Source: an uncultured virus (IMG/VR IMGVR_UViG_3300025759_009745) (taxonomy: Duplodnaviria > Heunggongvirae > Uroviricota > Caudoviricetes). Taken from it: a DNA stretch of 64,000 bases. The stretch lies in IMG/VR virus record IMGVR_UViG_3300025759_009745. One strand, 5' to 3'. Positions 29,701-41,900 of this stretch are shown here, one piece after another. The notes below the pieces were generated by a model. That model made no database searches. It had not been told where the DNA came from and saw only the letters and a program-made list of their open reading frames with translations. How positions within the stretch are numbered: the stretch's first letter is position 1; every line of letters begins with the position of its first letter. The position numbers were made by a program, and so were the translations under genes.

Positions 29701-32088
29701 TATGCCAATCTTTGCCGCCCTTTGGTAGTATAGTGGATAACCATAAGGTGGAGAGCAGGGGCTAGCGGGTAGACCGTAACTATCTAACGCATGTGAAATG
29801 CTTGGTGTCGCCCCCAAAAATCTAATATCTTTAGGGTTATAAAAGTAATGCTCTTGGGCATCAGTCCAATAATTCTGAGAGTCAATACTAAACTCAAAAC
29901 CTTTTTCTGAATTAAATACACATCTTGGAACAGAAACGCCAAACTCTCTATTTGCTAGATCTCCAAGACCAAAACTATCAGGAACGTCTGTAAAACCTTC
30001 AATGTCTTCATCTGTTGTTGATAGTTCTTCAAAAAATGCTTTATTTTCAGTTAATTCTTCAATGTAAATATCATTATATTCTACTAAAAATTCACGCCAC
30101 CTCTCGTATGAAATGAGAGCATGACGAAGCTCCATTTCTGTTGCGACATAATAATCACCAACACCAATAGCATCTAGGTCAGAAGCATCTAGCATTATTT
30201 GTTGATAAGAACCAAACCCTCTGGGTATTGTAACTGCGTTCTTACCTAAGAACCCATAAAAGGGTAATACTTGCTGTTTAAGAGAAGTCTCTAGGCTCCA
30301 CTGCTCTTTAAATACTTCATCATGGAAATTTGGCACATTGTGAATTTTCTTTCTATATTCTAAAGTGTCTCTATCAAATTGAGACGAAAACAAATACATG
30401 TTTACTTCTTGTGCGCCAGCAACAAGCTTATCTGTCACTACATTAGAAAGCTCAAATCCTACATCTTGATTTTCTACATAAATACCTTGCTCGTCTAGCT
30501 CATCTAGGTATTCTTGAATTTTTCCATACTCAGGCTGTTTTGATCTATCTATCGCATCAATTTTAATAACGCCGTGAACAATTCTATCTGGCTCGTCATT
30601 TTCTATAAAATACTTATTCCTGCTGTATAAAAATTTGTACGCTGGGTGATTCACCACTGGCTGTAATGACACAAACAAGTCATGACTAATAATGTCACAA
30701 AGTTCTTGACATAGTGATAGTAAATCTATTTGTTCAAAATCAAGAAAATAAACATCTGGAATTTTTTCTAAAGGAAACCCCCTAAAGTCTACAATATAAT
30801 TGAATCCTCTAAAATCTATTTCGCCACCGAAACCAGCTTCCTTGTACTCTTTTGGTAATTGACCATTAAGTTCCCAAAGCGCACCTAAAGCCTGACTCAC
30901 TCTATACCAGGGGATTCCTAAGTCGCTTCGTCTTGAAAAACCTTCGCCAGTTATAGGAAAATATTGAGGCATAGGATCTGGAAGAATATCACCCTCCAAA
31001 ACCTGAGCAATAGGATCTCCCAATTTAATTCCAGGCAAAAAGTCTTTAAACTCATAAACATCAAGTAATGATTCAGATGACCGAGGATTTGTTCTAGCTT
31101 CGGTTTCTTGAAAAGTAAATTGGCTTTCTCCTATATACTTAACCTTACCAACCTCTAAGCCAGAAGCTATCACTCGCTTTGCAAAAACCCACTTGTCAGA
31201 ACATTCCAATTCTAGTTTTTCTTTTAACTGATCCGATGGATCATGCTCTAAAAATCCATAAACATTAACCATATTCTGGTTGTTGTATGTGGTGTCGGCG
31301 TAATTACCTAATATTAATTGAACATTAGATAAAATTTCTCTTGGGTCTACAACTTGAGCATCAAACAGGGGGTTTCCATTCTGACTTTTATTCTCTGTGT
31401 AAGACTGTAATATACCGCCAAACACAAGATGGTCGTAACCTCTTGTTTCACCGTTTTTTAATTCGTCAAACTGATATAACTTAGAACGATCTTCCCAAAC
31501 TCTTTGGTCATCATCTTCTGTATTTAAATTTTTCTCATCATTCTCGGTTAAAACAAAATAATCCTTACCTTCTGGTAGACTATCTTCATCTCCTTGTGGG
31601 ATCTCAGTAAATGCTCCGCTCTGTTCTACTTCTTCAAACTCTGGATATTTTGATCTTTTATAATCTTCGTCTGTGATGCCTGGGTATAACTGGTCTAAAG
31701 TATTTAACCAAGCCTGCTCTACAGATGCCCAATTTTTTCCAAATTTAAAGAAAACGGGAGAACCAACTGGTGGTGGTGCAAAATTATCTCCAACGCCGCT
31801 GTGATAAACATCGTTACCAGAACCAATCCCCGTAAAGTCAGAATTATTTAATTCATCTTCTACTAGAGAAATAGACAAAGTAGAGCTTGTGTCACCAAAC
31901 CCCGCAGTGATATTAAAATTTCTAATAGAAGCGCCTAGAAAAGTTTGCTGTATAAACCCTTCATTTGTATCAGTCCAACCAGCAGATGAAATTTTGCCCC
32001 TTCTACCTTGCGGTAGATTAAAATAATCGGGCCAATGTATTCCCAAATCCCCAGTGCTTGGTACGATTGATTTATAATCTTCGGACAT
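26779..32088 (-). CDS. Large tail-tip protein, possible hub/central component (1769 aa)
   Basis: Synteny; N-terminal FLGASIRNFNITAGFG...FGGILQSY...VVDPREIL beta-rich region; C-terminal coiled-coil-like segment. Confidence 0.55.
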   Translation of the reverse strand: MSEDYKSIVPSTGDLGIHWPDYFNLPQGRRGKISSAGWTDTNEGFIQQTFLGASIRNFNITAGFGDTSSTLSISLVEDELNNSDFTGIGSGNDVYHSGVGDNFAPPPVGSPVFFKFGKNWASVEQAWLNTLDQLYPGITDEDYKRSKYPEFEEVEQSGAFTEIPQGDEDSLPEGKDYFVLTENDEKNLNTEDDDQRVWEDRSKLYQFDELKNGETRGYDHLVFGGILQSYTENKSQNGNPLFDAQVVDPREILSNVQLILGNYADTTYNNQNMVNVYGFLEHDPSDQLKEKLELECSDKWVFAKRVIASGLEVGKVKYIGESQFTFQETEARTNPRSSESLLDVYEFKDFLPGIKLGDPIAQVLEGDILPDPMPQYFPITGEGFSRRSDLGIPWYRVSQALGALWELNGQLPKEYKEAGFGGEIDFRGFNYIVDFRGFPLEKIPDVYFLDFEQIDLLSLCQELCDIISHDLFVSLQPVVNHPAYKFLYSRNKYFIENDEPDRIVHGVIKIDAIDRSKQPEYGKIQEYLDELDEQGIYVENQDVGFELSNVVTDKLVAGAQEVNMYLFSSQFDRDTLEYRKKIHNVPNFHDEVFKEQWSLETSLKQQVLPFYGFLGKNAVTIPRGFGSYQQIMLDASDLDAIGVGDYYVATEMELRHALISYERWREFLVEYNDIYIEELTENKAFFEELSTTDEDIEGFTDVPDSFGLGDLANREFGVSVPRCVFNSEKGFEFSIDSQNYWTDAQEHYFYNPKDIRFLGATPSISHALDSYGLPASPCSPPYGYPLYYQRAAKIGIPQVGIIRIGNAINNIRNIADDIRDILAKDPQAIVDPDKKEPEVNQTQNAPLSPEGPMLTKDPSESFNRSSQQPASNQPDMAEVREANTCAQETMKQIKADWDGLDKTVIGEKLAYLENVLERSAPIQKSVNKLARNGEKNARKVYNFIKSVAEENLGKKFLVKIPKYCNNNYSIQGQFEKLYERREEEQGVVETVDKTEDVLQFQDAPFGFPARPVSSEGQNVFGLSSWATDSATRSSLEFQSTSRLPAPYQRFLYIEPFEKTQWPKLAPIDLEDEEIINQYPENLYVTVVNDDYKYSNGALKNHWNPVSDKWEFNYKPDSQGGFFDFGLFPRNLSAGNIFNIINNQEFSFLNPNKNAIPPVVLQQFAPRDLTNFINENGRVSSYVRFDNSQFLDFTQVGAGNVYQEIITPEGRIPDIMDDLENVNPNQPDSFEQSRGRELLTGEYKRPNAVAFVRCQVDENFYMAPKILMGQDSLLLPSQTGCQAPETFVFGRNVVWQPSYSKPEVLQFVNDEGENEVVCGKSVTTPLFRVAASGGVDGTRVNNQDFFRRYNQEKDSWEIVVEKEELDPEHVWALITLPGRIKPTEAKRYVDAYYNQINPKTIKSIMTQDVVRGWSESEKALRSLYFDKPAAVQNESIPIDCEKFTFSELNNAQTAQRDSKSAFNLSNPEIQIKTVAPSPVYPDIVALPLMSNERCYGPWYSSFYFKDDADNKKPRYIDVGGKSEFIKNENLAPWNYAGYQLMNDAGKLEAEFSNSLLLFTERGGFVFPDLPSGILISKELKEKGPIVTSVSVDIGDSVKTTVKLDLYTSRFGKLQKQKEIAIAQMARERQRIIDDRNRAIRQGVRNAAGNVDAFPAQGNQIFDFYTSLERGQTVYDGIYASVEKQTSLYSYEDQNISIDKYYLTSSTQAKGYLEEAVGIDDDKAQKRKRWLSHAGGKYNSLFQGADNSAFSEYFPHKGFIDADSIIRRTSS

Positions 32089-33728
32089 TAATCTTCTCCT
32101 AGCTTGTCACAGTCACATCCACAGTTGTCCGCATTAGGATAACTATTCACTGTGGGTCTTAAATCACCAAATTGAGACAAAGAGTAGCCATTAACCAAAT
32201 TATTTAAATACAACTCTTTTCTCCCTTCTCCTATTGCAAAAGCATCTTTAAAAGTAACATTATTAGATCCTAAAGCAATTCCAAGTATGGGGTTGTCTGC
32301 GCTCGTTCCCCATCCTTCTTTAAACCTATTTTTGTCCCAAGCGATATTCACACTATTCAACCTCAACTCAAAACTATGAAATTTTTCTGGACGGCCTTTA
32401 ATTGGTGGTAAAATAGGATAGTACAAAGCTTGGGATGAAGTTAAAGTTCTTGAATCCCCGCTAGGATTTGCAAAATGATTGTCTTTAAATATATTTTCAC
32501 AACCTCCGTATAATCCTCCGATAGCTTGAAAATTATCGCAAGGGTTTGAATCTTGCGAAGAATAAAAACTAGGACATGACGTAGAAAAAGAACCATTACT
32601 AGAGCCAACGAGTTTAACAAACGGTATTGTTTGTCCAGCAAATCCCCCAACCTTTACTCTACCATAGCTACGATTTGGTACTTTTGAAAAGTCTTGCTCT
32701 GCAACCTCGCCAACATTATTAAAATTATAAGCCTGTGCAAAACCGTCTGTTAGCCTTAAAGCATCAAGAAATTCTTCATAATCTAAATTAGCTTCTTCTG
32801 CCTCCCAGGGGTTCTCAGAATACAAAGTGGGGTCTATATGTAGATACACAGGAACGAGATGAAAATCCTGAGAACACCTATTACCTATAATCGCATGTTC
32901 CAAAGACATACAAGCTGGAGATGGATACATAGCAAGATACGTATCTGAGGAATTGAGATACATACCCCTTGGGTGTTGATCTACTTTGAGTTGCCACCAA
33001 GCCTGTTTTTTTGAATCTACTTGAATATATCCAAGTTCCTTGTCATTATCTTCCTGAGTCCTTGCCGATGGTGAAGATATCTTGTTTACCAATGATTCTG
33101 TGTCGCCATCGTTAGCAACTATAGAAAGCCATTCCCCCGGCTGTAATACAGAGATTGCCTCTCCGTCTTGCTGAACACACTTCTTATAAATTCGTAGATC
33201 ATACTGAACAACTTCACAAACAGTTTCTTGATAGTCTGTATCTTCGTTTATTGTATAGACTATTACTTCTTGACCATTTGAAAGAGTGGCCTGAGAAGCT
33301 TCTAGTGATATTCTACTAGGGTCAAAATCAGCACCGGCAATAGTACTAACACCCGGATAGAATGTACCTTGGCAAGCATCACACTCCGCTTTGGTTGAAG
33401 AAAAAGAGTCAATCAGTGTTGTAAAATATTGCCCAACAAAAAGATATCCTATCTGACCTTTTGGGCCAAAGCTTGTATCGTTTAAGTCTTGGTTGTATAA
33501 ATAACACAATCCTTCTGAGCTAGAAGTTCTTTCTATATTTGACGTTAAAGACTTTGGGTTGCTACCTCTAGATCTCACACCATTATTTTGGTATAAGTAT
33601 TTGTTAGATCCTATACCTCTGTTTTTTAGATGTTGAAATTTTTGAGAAGATATCATAGACTTTTTAACAGCCCTATCTGTGTTTAGTCTCTGTTCTCCAT
33701 CTGGATTCTCAAACTGCTGAAAAACCAT
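32088..33728 (-). CDS. Hypothetical tail-associated protein, Cys-rich (546 aa)
   Basis: Coupled ORF in tail module; CDAC and C-terminal CGCDC. Confidence 0.5.
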   Translation of the reverse strand: MVFQQFENPDGEQRLNTDRAVKKSMISSQKFQHLKNRGIGSNKYLYQNNGVRSRGSNPKSLTSNIERTSSSEGLCYLYNQDLNDTSFGPKGQIGYLFVGQYFTTLIDSFSSTKAECDACQGTFYPGVSTIAGADFDPSRISLEASQATLSNGQEVIVYTINEDTDYQETVCEVVQYDLRIYKKCVQQDGEAISVLQPGEWLSIVANDGDTESLVNKISSPSARTQEDNDKELGYIQVDSKKQAWWQLKVDQHPRGMYLNSSDTYLAMYPSPACMSLEHAIIGNRCSQDFHLVPVYLHIDPTLYSENPWEAEEANLDYEEFLDALRLTDGFAQAYNFNNVGEVAEQDFSKVPNRSYGRVKVGGFAGQTIPFVKLVGSSNGSFSTSCPSFYSSQDSNPCDNFQAIGGLYGGCENIFKDNHFANPSGDSRTLTSSQALYYPILPPIKGRPEKFHSFELRLNSVNIAWDKNRFKEGWGTSADNPILGIALGSNNVTFKDAFAIGEGRKELYLNNLVNGYSLSQFGDLRPTVNSYPNADNCGCDCDKLGED

Positions 33729-33730
33729 TA

Positions 33731-34177
33731 TTATTCCTCTTTAGAAATGTAGTGTATATAGCTATTAAAGCTAACAATTCTTTTGATTTCTGGATCTTTT
33801 TGAACACCCACAGCCTTAGCATTAGAAAAATTAATTTTAAGACCGCTTGGTGTGAATATTCCAGATTGAGATTCTGAATCTACTAACACCCCATAAGACG
33901 CATCGGATGGAGAGGTTAGAAATATCATACCGCTAGAAAGTTCCGGCGATGGATATATAGCGTTTATTCCAGAACCACTATTTGAATCTGGATGTTGAGA
34001 AAAATCAAAGAAATGAGATTCACCAGATGCTAATAGCATACCAGAAGCAACAGTCCTGTCGCCACTTCCGAGCGGAGATATATACAGAGGATCAAATTCA
34101 AGATGAGAAAACTCATCAGGTATAGGATAATCTGGAGGATTAGAATATATTTTTTGATTAAAATCTTTGTGAGACAT
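33731..34177 (-). CDS. Small Ser-Gly-rich putative virion protein (148 aa)
   Basis: 8 SG dipeptides in 148 aa; tail module. Confidence 0.5.
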   Translation of the reverse strand: MSHKDFNQKIYSNPPDYPIPDEFSHLEFDPLYISPLGSGDRTVASGMLLASGESHFFDFSQHPDSNSGSGINAIYPSPELSSGMIFLTSPSDASYGVLVDSESQSGIFTPSGLKINFSNAKAVGVQKDPEIKRIVSFNSYIHYISKEE

Positions 34178-34185
34178 TTTCTTTC

Positions 34186-35997
34186 CTATTTATCTAATTC
34201 ATACACCCATGACATGCTTAGATTATAAGTTCCTTGTTTTGGGTTCCAAATTTCTCTGGGTGGATTTAAGAAATATTTAAGAACCCCAGGCTCTCCCTGT
34301 GGGCTAACTTGGTTTATTAGATCTGAAATCTGATTAGACATGGGCTGAACAACACTTGGTTTTTTGAGAACCATAGGATTTCTACCAGAACTATAAGGTA
34401 ATTTTGTGTAATCCAAAGTCAAGTCTAAACTAATATCCCTTGTATATTCTGTTCTCCCCCCGATATATTGCAAAACAGGTCCAGTCGGCCTACCTATCAC
34501 CGGAATTACAGCAAAAACATCGCCTGGATATGTATCATTTATCTGTATGTCTTCGTTAAGAACACCGCTAATAAAATTAGTTGGACGATTGTTAAACTCT
34601 AGAGTATAATTAATTTCTCCGGTATACTTGTTAGTACCTAAAGCCACAGAAAGCGGCTGAGAATTTAACTGTACTGCGACAGAATTGTTAGCCCTTCTAA
34701 AGATATCGCAAGTTACTCCAAATTGACCGGTGTTTGAAATCTCATTATATTTTGTTATTGCATTTCCATAAGGAGTTCCAGAAGAAAATATGCTCTCTGG
34801 AGAAGCTGGAGATACTTTGCCTATTGGATAGCCACTAGCCGAGATGTCAGATAATCCTTTGATCGTACCTTCCACGGACACATTCACGAAGGGCGCACTG
34901 TTTGTACTGTTTATTGAGACAGAAAAATTCTCATAAGCAGTTCCAGTCGCAATAACCCAACTGTCACTCACACCATAGGAACCAACGGTTTGGTCAATAG
35001 ACTCAGACCTGACATGATTGTACCCTCTGTACTCTCTAGCCAAGTTTAAACTTCCACTTCCAATATTTCCTAATATATAATCAAGCTGATTTCTATTTGG
35101 ATAATAACCGCTCACATTTTGTGGGTCAGAGAATGGTTCTAAATGGTCATACAGTCTGTGACCAATAAACTTTTTAGCCTGCTCCCAAGCCTCATATTTT
35201 ACAACGTCTCCATCATCGCCATTGACGGGTCCGTAGTGGGTTTTTCCGGTGGCATTTAAGGTTCTAGTTATTCTATAGGAGAACGGCTGTTCTGGTGACT
35301 CTCCGAAGCTCTCATCTACCTCTACGGTCCAGTTTTCTGAAAAATCTGATATAAAAGCGCCACTTAAAGAACTTAGTATTTCTTCCTCTCTGATGCCCTG
35401 AACACCTTTAGCCCAGTCATGATTTGCTATCAAGCCGCCTTCAATATCTACATCAATATCTTTATCTAATAATGTATCTGCCTCTAGCGTGATTGTGTAT
35501 GTAGATGTGTTGACATATATCCCCTCTGCGAAAGAAACATCAACAACTCTTGGATAACAAATAATAGAAGCTTCTTCGTCGTCCCAGTCTGTAAGTTCTA
35601 GCCTTTGCCCATCTCTAGCAAATAAGGCACGAATCGCTTTCTGCTTGAAAATAATTGCCTGCAAAGCATCATCGCAGTCTATTTGCTGCTTTGGTGGTCT
35701 ATCTTGTGTAGCCCCACGAAAATGACTAACATTATTGTCAAAAGAGGAATATGGACCAACTTGATTTGGCACAGGGTTTGCACCAGCAAAGAAGTCATAT
35801 CTGGACATATCCTGCTTGGAGGCGTAAGGACTTCCTTGGTTGTGTATCAAAGTACCATTAATTGTTATTGTATAATTAACCCCAAAAGCCTCGCCCGCTC
35901 CAGTTTTTAGTATATTTGTAGTAACAGACCAAAGCGGAGTGGGCCTTAAAGTACACTCTTGGTTAGGATCGTTATTATATCTGACTCTAATTGGCAT
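34186..35997 (-). CDS. Putative tail protein (distal-tail-like, 603 aa)
   Basis: Beta-strand-rich (YTITINGT, YTITLEA, YNLSMSWVY); two genes after tape measure. Confidence 0.5.
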   Translation of the reverse strand: MPIRVRYNNDPNQECTLRPTPLWSVTTNILKTGAGEAFGVNYTITINGTLIHNQGSPYASKQDMSRYDFFAGANPVPNQVGPYSSFDNNVSHFRGATQDRPPKQQIDCDDALQAIIFKQKAIRALFARDGQRLELTDWDDEEASIICYPRVVDVSFAEGIYVNTSTYTITLEADTLLDKDIDVDIEGGLIANHDWAKGVQGIREEEILSSLSGAFISDFSENWTVEVDESFGESPEQPFSYRITRTLNATGKTHYGPVNGDDGDVVKYEAWEQAKKFIGHRLYDHLEPFSDPQNVSGYYPNRNQLDYILGNIGSGSLNLAREYRGYNHVRSESIDQTVGSYGVSDSWVIATGTAYENFSVSINSTNSAPFVNVSVEGTIKGLSDISASGYPIGKVSPASPESIFSSGTPYGNAITKYNEISNTGQFGVTCDIFRRANNSVAVQLNSQPLSVALGTNKYTGEINYTLEFNNRPTNFISGVLNEDIQINDTYPGDVFAVIPVIGRPTGPVLQYIGGRTEYTRDISLDLTLDYTKLPYSSGRNPMVLKKPSVVQPMSNQISDLINQVSPQGEPGVLKYFLNPPREIWNPKQGTYNLSMSWVYELDK

Positions 35998-38900
35998 TAT
36001 TTACCTCTTATTCTTAAATCTAGATCTTCAATCACTGGGGTCGCAGAAGGAAGAACTAATAGTAAAGAATCTGTTGCTATTGAGCTTGGAGCCTCTGCGA
36101 ACAGTGGTAATGTTCCGCTTTCCACGTTCGCACCAAAAGACAATAAATTCATATTATTATACACATTGTCACTGTTTGGTCCTAATACATAGAGCGACAT
36201 GCCAGAAGGTCTATAGTTTGGACCTAAATATGGGCTATCTGAAACCGAATATCCAGACTCAAGAGAGCCAACAATTTGAGGCCAAGCGTTGTCGATGCTG
36301 TAACCTTTTCCATTCGAGTACAATAAGAATGATTCCTCTAGCTGATCTCCCGGTCTTATTTCTCCCAATACAAATTCAACGTATGGACGATGAGCAACAA
36401 AACCTCTTGTGGCGGGGTCAAAACCAGAGACTTCCAAGAAAATATTTCCATTAATATCTGCATTTATCAAGCCGCTAACTGAGTAGGAAATGACCGGACC
36501 CGTAGTTGGCTGATAAACAACATTTCGTAACATTAAGTCTCTAGATGGTTTATTACCAAACACTTGAGCGTCGATATATCCACCCTCCAAAGGTTTAGCA
36601 TCAGCCTGTTCTCTTAACATAGCATCCCATGTATAAGCCGAACCTGCGTTCCCACTTTCTTTTGTTATATGGTTTCCGCTTGTTGGGAAATCATGATATG
36701 GCGCACCAGCAACTAAAACGTAGTCACTATCACCTCTAAAGGAACGATTAATCGAAACAGAATAACCAACAGAATCGTTCTCTGTGCCGCTAACAGAAGA
36801 TTCAAATTCATTCCTATCGCTATATCCCTGAGCAATTAACTTCTCTGCAAACTGCCACTCTTTTGTTCTGTCTCCAAAATTTATCAGATTGTTTCTAAAT
36901 GTAAAGACAGCACCATTATTAAGAACCATTCTACCACTTTGATTATCAAGCTGGTCAACTCTTAAACCAGAATTAGCCAAGTCGTAGAAATTATGTGTTG
37001 GTATATCAAAGTCTTTAGTGAAACTTTTTCTAACAAACGCTGTATTTAAATCATTTGGAACGACGACTCCGCTAAATATTTCTTCATACAAAGTGCCAAA
37101 GTCATGACCGGGAGCGCCGACTGCCATAAAATCTGAATCAACAGAAACTGAATAACCAAACATGTCAGTTCTATCTGCCCAGTCTTCAACAAAATTATCT
37201 GGAAGATTGTGAGGACCACGCTCAGAAGTCAAATAGCCAGATGTAGCACTGTCTAAACCAGCATAAATATTGTCAGGTTTAATTTTCTGTTTAAATTCCC
37301 AAGGTAAGAATTCATTAACAACATTAGTACCCCTACCTGTTCTTTGATAATAGAACGCAGCGCCAGGACCACCATTGTTACTTAATAAATATCCTGACTC
37401 TGGGAATCCAGCGTCTACTAGTGATTTTATTCCCGACCAATCAATAACGTCTTGACCAATCACGCCGTTGAATGGGCTACCAATCGCTAATTGATCGTTA
37501 TCAATACTTACAGACCAACCAAACAATTCCCCAGGGAATCCAGAATCAATAACGTCTAAAGCAAAATCAATATAATCATATCCTTTTTCTATATGATATC
37601 TTGAGAATCCTCCGTTCCATCCAGCATCTACATATCTAGGTTCTATATCACCGTTGTAATACATGCCGCTAAATCTAGGGTAAATACCATACGTCGGAAC
37701 GACGGTCGTTCCAAACTTCTCAATTTCTTGATCTATTTTCTCTTTTTCAACAGGTGTGAATCTTCTGAATACGTCTGCTGGATCGTACTGATCCTCTTGG
37801 TCTGTATAGTTATCCAAATTTCCAGCCACTCCAGCGTATCCAAATCTATCAACAAGTCCGTTCAGACCGCTAACAGCAAAGTATTTGGCAGGACTGTTTC
37901 TTTCTGGCGATCTAATTTTCTGAGTAAAGCTAAAGTTCCTACCATCACTATTAAATGTTTCTGGGTCAGCAAATTGAATTACTTCTGATGGTTTTGGAGG
38001 ATACAAGCTTCTAATAAAATCATTATTAGGACCACCCTCTTTTCTAAAGTAAGGATATTTACCCTGAATCATAGAAGAATCTGTCATAAGAACAATTCTT
38101 GATCTGTTAGCACCCTGCGTGAAATTAGTAAAGTGTTCTAATTCTTCCGCGACTACTACGGGACCATCTTCTATTACAACATTAGGATCTGATGTGTCGC
38201 ACTCATCGTTATTTGGGTTACAATACTGTCCGTGGAATGTAGATATAGGTCTAAACTCTGGATCATATTCTATAATAATTTCTGGCGTTTCCCAGCATTC
38301 GTAAATTGGAACTGGTGGGTAATAGACATTTTGACAAGTTGTTGTAGTAGCAATCTGTACAGTTTCTATAATTGGGAGCAAACAACCAGAAACTGACAAT
38401 ATTCTAGGGGTTAGGGGTGAAGACCCATTTAAATCTTCTGCTGGAATATTACCCTTAGAGGCAGACAAGAATAAAGAAATAAACTCTGAATCTAAGTCTG
38501 CTCTAATATCAAACACCGCTTGTTGAACTTGATTAGTAGTCGTCTTTCTAAATACTGGTTCATTTTCTTCCCCTGGGGGTTCACCCAACATTGGGTCAGG
38601 TCCAAAATGAGCGCCGTTAAATGATCCGTATATTTCAATGTTTTCTGCGTCCGACTCTGAAACCCAGTTAACATACACTCTATATCCAGAGCTAGGAAGC
38701 GTATCAAATACAATATCTGAGGTTCCTCTTAATTCCCAGTACTCAGATGATTCTTCGTATCTTCTATAGATTGGATCTGGGAATGTTATTATTTCTTGAG
38801 AATTATTACCGCCAGATATTGGTACGTACTTATATGTATTAGTATATTCTGGTTCACTTTCCTCAAACGTAAGCTCATCTAATGAAAACGGCACACAGAA

Positions 38901-41900
38901 ACTACCCTCTGGAGGACAAACGCCAGTAGGAATAACTGCTAATTTATCAATAGAAGTAGAAGAACCATTTAAAGAAGCTCCAGTGTAGCTATAGCCAAAC
39001 TGACAACCAGTTGTTATTGGGCTGGTATTAGAAACAATTTGAGGAACAAACTCTGGAGAGAAAGGAGCTATAGCGGCATTAGAAGTTCTAATAGCATCTG
39101 TGTTTTGAACTGCATACCCAGGATTTAAACCCGTAACTTTATATGGTCTACTGTTAAATCCTAATCTTGTTAAGATATTTTCAGCTATTCCGACTCTATC
39201 TCTCTTAGAGTCATAAGTAACAACTAATCTTTTATTACCTAGTTTTAACCAGTCTTTTATTCTGTCTATATCTTCATCTTCTGGAAGTGCATTTGGATTG
39301 GCAATCCATAGCACATTAGCAGAAATATCAATAGAGCTACTTCCAGTATATACTTCATTAGTTAATACCTCATGACCATATCTTTCAAAGAAATTATCTA
39401 GGAATGATCCTTCGTAAGCGTCAATGAATGACGATCTTCCGGTCCAACCTCCTAGTTGGATTATTTTAGCTGGCGAAAGTGCAGAGCAGGATCTTACAAC
39501 TAAATTATTATAAAAGAAAATGTTTTCATCGTTATTGTAGTTTTTCTCGTCGGAAGATGATGAGAAACCAAGCGACCACGCTGTTTCTGATTGAAGTCCC
39601 GCCATAATCACAACATCAGAAGAAGTAGCAAGCCCTTGATCGTAGAAAACCTCGCGAACAACAAACGGACTCAAGGGAGAAACTTCTGCGGTACGAATAA
39701 CGGTATCACCCTTTGAACTACCTCTAGCTTGGGCTACAGAGTCTCTACCGTCAAAATCTTCTGGATCAAAGAAATCATCATTGAGAGTGAAGTCAAAGAA
39801 TTCTCCACGTAAAGTATTATTAAATCCTGAGATAGAGAATGCGATCTCATCAATTTGATCGACTGCAAATTCATAAGTGGTGTACTCATTACCCACCTCT
39901 GTGCAAATCTGACCAGAAAGCTCTACCTCATCACCAACGTAGTCACAACCGCTATCCGCAGGAATTATTAGTGGATCTCTTTCTATATATTCTGCCGCTG
40001 TTAGTATAGGTCTAATGTCTTCATCCGACCTTCTTATTTCTGGTTTTACTATTTCTGGATAAAACTTACAACCTTGACCTGGGTTGGGATTATCAAAATG
40101 GAAAGGCCAGTTTGTATTGTATTCTATTTGGTCTGCGCAATCAGAGAACCATTCTGCCCTTATGTCGCCGGAATGTCTAATAGGAAGGTTGCATATTGGA
40201 TTTTTATTATCACAAGGTGCGTATATAAGCAGATCTTCTAATCCAAGGTCAGATAGATCAATTTTTATATCACCTACACCACGACCAAACATCTGTGTTT
40301 GTGGTATGTATGTATCGTGAGAAGTGATAGTGCTGTCTGTCCTAGAAGCTCTAGGAAGATGAGCCTGAGTAATGTTATACTTTCTGTTTTCAACATCTTG
40401 CTCGCTTGGTGGAATAGGTAATGATTCATACTCGTTTCTGGCTGGAATGATCCTCATTCTAGCACCCAACTTTTGTAGTATTTTATTTACCAGTTGGTTT
40501 GAATCATAGTAAGCTCCATTATTTTGCCAAGTCGGATCATTACCAACAAGAACTAATGTTCTGTCACCAAGAGCCAACCAAGATTTAATATTATCAATAA
40601 TCTCGTCACTGGCAGCATCAATTTGTGGAGTAATAATAAATGCCAACCCAGCGTCTTGTGGTATCTCTATGTCAGCAAAGTCGGTTCTTTCAAAGGTTCT
40701 AGGGAATTCCCCGCTTGCAAATATTTCTCCAAGTTTATCGTACTCACCAGCAAGCTCAGAATTATCCTCGTTTATAGTTTTGTCTAAGTTTCCAAACTTA
40801 AAGAATTCTACAACCTTGTCGTTATGTTCGTAGTATTTTCTTGATTCAAATACTCTAACCGCCCCAGCATTAACATAAGATGCCCAAGTTTGCTCACCTT
40901 CTCCCCAAACATTCATGTCATCAAATTCGTTAAATGAATCTGTAGGTGCGCCGAACGCTACGATGTCTCCATCGTCACTAACCGATGTGCTATATCCCAA
41001 CCTAGAAGTACCAGCAAACTCATTAGGCAAGAAGCTCCAAGTACCAATATAAGGAATGTCATTGTGGTGATATTTAAATATTTTCTTATACGGTTTTATA
41101 CTGTTGTTTATACCCCAGTACAATTCGTCCGACCTTAACAAGTATTTATTGCTTTGGCTTAATTCAAAGTAAACCGTTCTTGAGGCAATATCAAACCCAG
41201 AGTCTGCAAGTAAATTGTCATACCTTGTTCTCTCGTTTGTTAAAACTCTGAAATCAAGCCATTCAGCAAGACCGGCGTACATTCTATCATTTTCTGATTC
41301 ATCTCTCTCATATATTTGACAAGCTTCAGCAGAGTAAGGAGATCCAACAGATATAACTTCACCGTTCCTACTAATACCTACAGCGTGTCCAAATCTATCA
41401 GAAGGTAATTGATTGTCAAGAAGTAATTCTAGGGCTGGCTCATCTTCTAATTCATCTTGATTAAAAATGTCTGCATCTGGAGATAATAACTCTTGAACAA
41501 AGTTAAACTTACCAGATTCATTCTCAAAGATGTAGACACGACCACCGGACTCTGGCGGTATTTGGAATTGACCAGCGCCTTGCTGTGCATATTCTTGTCC
41601 AATTCCGCTAGTTATATATTTGAGAGCGCCTACAGCATCTAAGTTACCAGTAGTTAATGTGTCATTAAGGAGTTCTACTGAAGCGTCATCCCACTCAAAA
41701 CTGTCAGAATAAATTTGATTTACATATCCAGATTCTGGAAGTCCAGTTTCTAGATCTTCCACTCCACTAGCAAAAGCAAAATCACCGTAATAATCTATGA
41801 AGGAATTTACGTACCTTTGGTATGAGGCTCCAAACTGAGTCGAAGGAGTGTTATCACCAAACACACCAACAATAGGAGGAATACCACTATAAATCTCATT